Positions 62,210 through 64,000 of a stretch of 64,000 bases of DNA are shown here, piece by piece; position 1 is the stretch's first letter, and every line of letters begins with the position of its first letter. The stretch comes from Bacteriovoracaceae bacterium (GTDB lineage: Bacteria > Bdellovibrionota > Bacteriovoracia > Bacteriovoracales > Bacteriovoracaceae): positions 217-64,216 of the forward strand of contig CANFNL010000001.1 in the NCBI GenBank assembly GCA_947448205.1, read 5' to 3'. The position numbers and the translations under genes were made by a program. A model generated the notes under the pieces. That model saw nothing but the letters and a program-made list of their open reading frames with translations, searched no databases and was not told where the DNA came from.

Positions 62210-64000
62210 ATGGATTATACAATCGCCACCATCGCTCCCATTGTACTACTGCCATTTTTTGCATTTGTTATAAATGCATTCATTGTAAAGAAATTTACAA
62301 ATTTAGCAGTTGCAATTAGTACCGGAGCTATTTTCGTATCATTTTTATTTGCTCTAAGAATCTTTTTAGATTTTATGAATGTTTATTCTGTTGGATACTA
62401 TATTCATAAAACATTTACTTGGTTTGATCTAAGTGCTGGTTCTCATATTTTTAAAGTCAATATGGGGATCTATATAGACAACATGACGTCCGTAATGCTT
62501 TTGATGGTTACAGGGGCAGCGACTTTAATTCATGTTTTTTCAACTTGGTATATGCACGACGACCCAAGATTTGGTCGCTTCTTTGTCTATTTGTCACTCT
62601 TTACTTCGGCCATGTTAGGCTTAGTACTTTCAGACAATTTACTTTCTGTATTTATTTTCTGGGAAATAATGGGCTTTTGTTCCTATTCATTAATTGGCTT
62701 TTATTACGAAAAAGAAGGAGCTGGCAACGCTTCCATGAAAGCCTTTATGACTACAAGAGTGGGAGATGTTTTTTTTCTTTTGGGAATTTTAGCAATATGG
62801 TCAGTAGTAGGATCGGCTTCGTTTGTAGATATTTATAATGCTATCGCAGCTGGAAAATTTTCAAATATGTATGCTTTAGGAATTCCACTAGCAACTTTTG
62901 CAGCATTTTCAGTATTCATGGGAACGATGGGGAAATCAGCTCAAGTACCTCTTCAAGTTTGGTTGCCAGATGCGATGTGGGGACCAACACCTTGCTCAGC
63001 TCTCATACATGCAGCAACAATGGTTGCCGCTGGAGTTTATTTATCATTGAGAATGTATCCACTTATGGAACTTGGACATCTGCTTCCATTTATTGCACTT
63101 ATTGGTGGAATAACAGCTTTTGGTGCAGCTACAATTGCCCTTGTTCAAACAGATATTAAAGCCGTGCTTGCCTATTCTACAATCTCTCAATTGGGATACA
63201 TGGTTATTGGAATCGGGGTTGGATCATACAATGCTGCTTTTATGCATTTAATTACTCATGCTGTTTTTAAGGCCTGTTTATTCTTGTCTGCTGGGTCGGT
63301 TATCCACTCAATTCATTGCCAAGAGATGCCTCAAATGGGTGGCCTTCGTAAAAAACTTCCCTATACATTCTTTGCCATGCTGCTTTGCTGCTTTGCTATT
63401 GCTGGTGTTCCATTTTTCTCTGGATTTGTTTCAAAAGATAGAATTTTAGGCGACGCTCTAGTTATGGCTTTTTCAAATCCAATTTATATTCCAGTTGCCA
63501 TACTGGGTTTTGGTGGAGCCTTCTTAACAGCATTCTATATGTTCAGAATGTTATTTCTAACTTTCTTTGGCGATCCACGTGATCATCATATTTATGATCA
63601 TGCTCATAATGAGCACCTGGGCTGGAACTCTAATATACCTTTATTAATTCTTGCTGTTTTTACCCTTGGTTTATTTTATTCTGGATCTTTTACCGGTCAA
63701 GGTGAAGTCAATCTTTTTGGATCAAAGAATGAATGGTTCTCAACTTTAATCCATAAGCCAGATATAGCAAGCCTTCATCATTTTGCTGAATTTCAGTCAG
63801 AAGATTTTGGAGCTGTTGATACAAGAGATAAGTTAGATCTGCCAAAAGCAACTTATGATGAAAATCATGGAATGAGTGAGGAAGAGGCTCATCATGTACA
63901 TCAAATTCATCATGTGGGGGCAATTGCTTCAATCATTATTGCTTTTTCGGGGATATTTTTAGCATTCTCTATGTATGTTAAAAAATCAATTAACCCTGGC
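62210..64000 (+). CDS. nuoL: NADH-quinone oxidoreductase subunit L, 3'-truncated by the window edge (not in the ORF track)
   Basis: ATG 62210 MDYTIATIAPIVLLP...; FWEIMGFCSYSLIGF, GKSAQVPLQVWLPDAMWGPTPCSALIHAATMV, AYSTISQLG, THAVFKA. Confidence 0.95.
   Translation, partial: MDYTIATIAPIVLLPFFAFVINAFIVKKFTNLAVAISTGAIFVSFLFALRIFLDFMNVYSVGYYIHKTFTWFDLSAGSHIFKVNMGIYIDNMTSVMLLMVTGAATLIHVFSTWYMHDDPRFGRFFVYLSLFTSAMLGLVLSDNLLSVFIFWEIMGFCSYSLIGFYYEKEGAGNASMKAFMTTRVGDVFFLLGILAIWSVVGSASFVDIYNAIAAGKFSNMYALGIPLATFAAFSVFMGTMGKSAQVPLQVWLPDAMWGPTPCSALIHAATMVAAGVYLSLRMYPLMELGHLLPFIALIGGITAFGAATIALVQTDIKAVLAYSTISQLGYMVIGIGVGSYNAAFMHLITHAVFKACLFLSAGSVIHSIHCQEMPQMGGLRKKLPYTFFAMLLCCFAIAGVPFFSGFVSKDRILGDALVMAFSNPIYIPVAILGFGGAFLTAFYMFRMLFLTFFGDPRDHHIYDHAHNEHLGWNSNIPLLILAVFTLGLFYSGSFTGQGEVNLFGSKNEWFSTLIHKPDIASLHHFAEFQSEDFGAVDTRDKLDLPKATYDENHGMSEEEAHHVHQIHHVGAIASIIIAFSGIFLAFSMYVKKSINPG

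Overview
AT-rich bacterial chromosome segment spanning the replication origin. Gene content and order (parAB-bactofilin-atp, split ATP synthase, split nuo cluster, Tad-type pilin) suggest a Bdellovibrionota, probably Bacteriovorax-like, organism; this is inference, not a database result. The core is rpmH-rnpA-yidD-yidC-mnmE-mnmG-rsmG-parA-parB-bactofilin-atpF'FHAGDC on the minus strand and dnaA-[oriC]-dnaN-recF-gyrB-gyrA-TPR-atpZ/I-atpB-atpE on the plus strand. Flanks carry lptG-def-fmt-rpe, hutHUI, glpK, radA, ligA, two tandem TMTC-like membrane glycosyltransferases, mfd-PPIase-surA-pdxA-uvrA-trmH and nuoA-H-J-K-L. No rRNA, tRNA, CRISPR array or transposase was seen. The most striking unexplained signal is a 16-bp palindrome (consensus TGGTCCTATAGGACCA). 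It occurs five times in-frame inside mnmE and once between parB and the bactofilin gene, interleaved with two canonical-type parS sites, 5-10 kb from oriC. It is a candidate second centromere-like or protein-binding site system, or a palindromic element domesticated inside a gene. The oriC region also shows nested dyad symmetry of DnaA boxes. Two genes absent from the ORF track (rpmH and a CTG-start atpZ-like gene) and the partial nuoL were read directly from the sequence.
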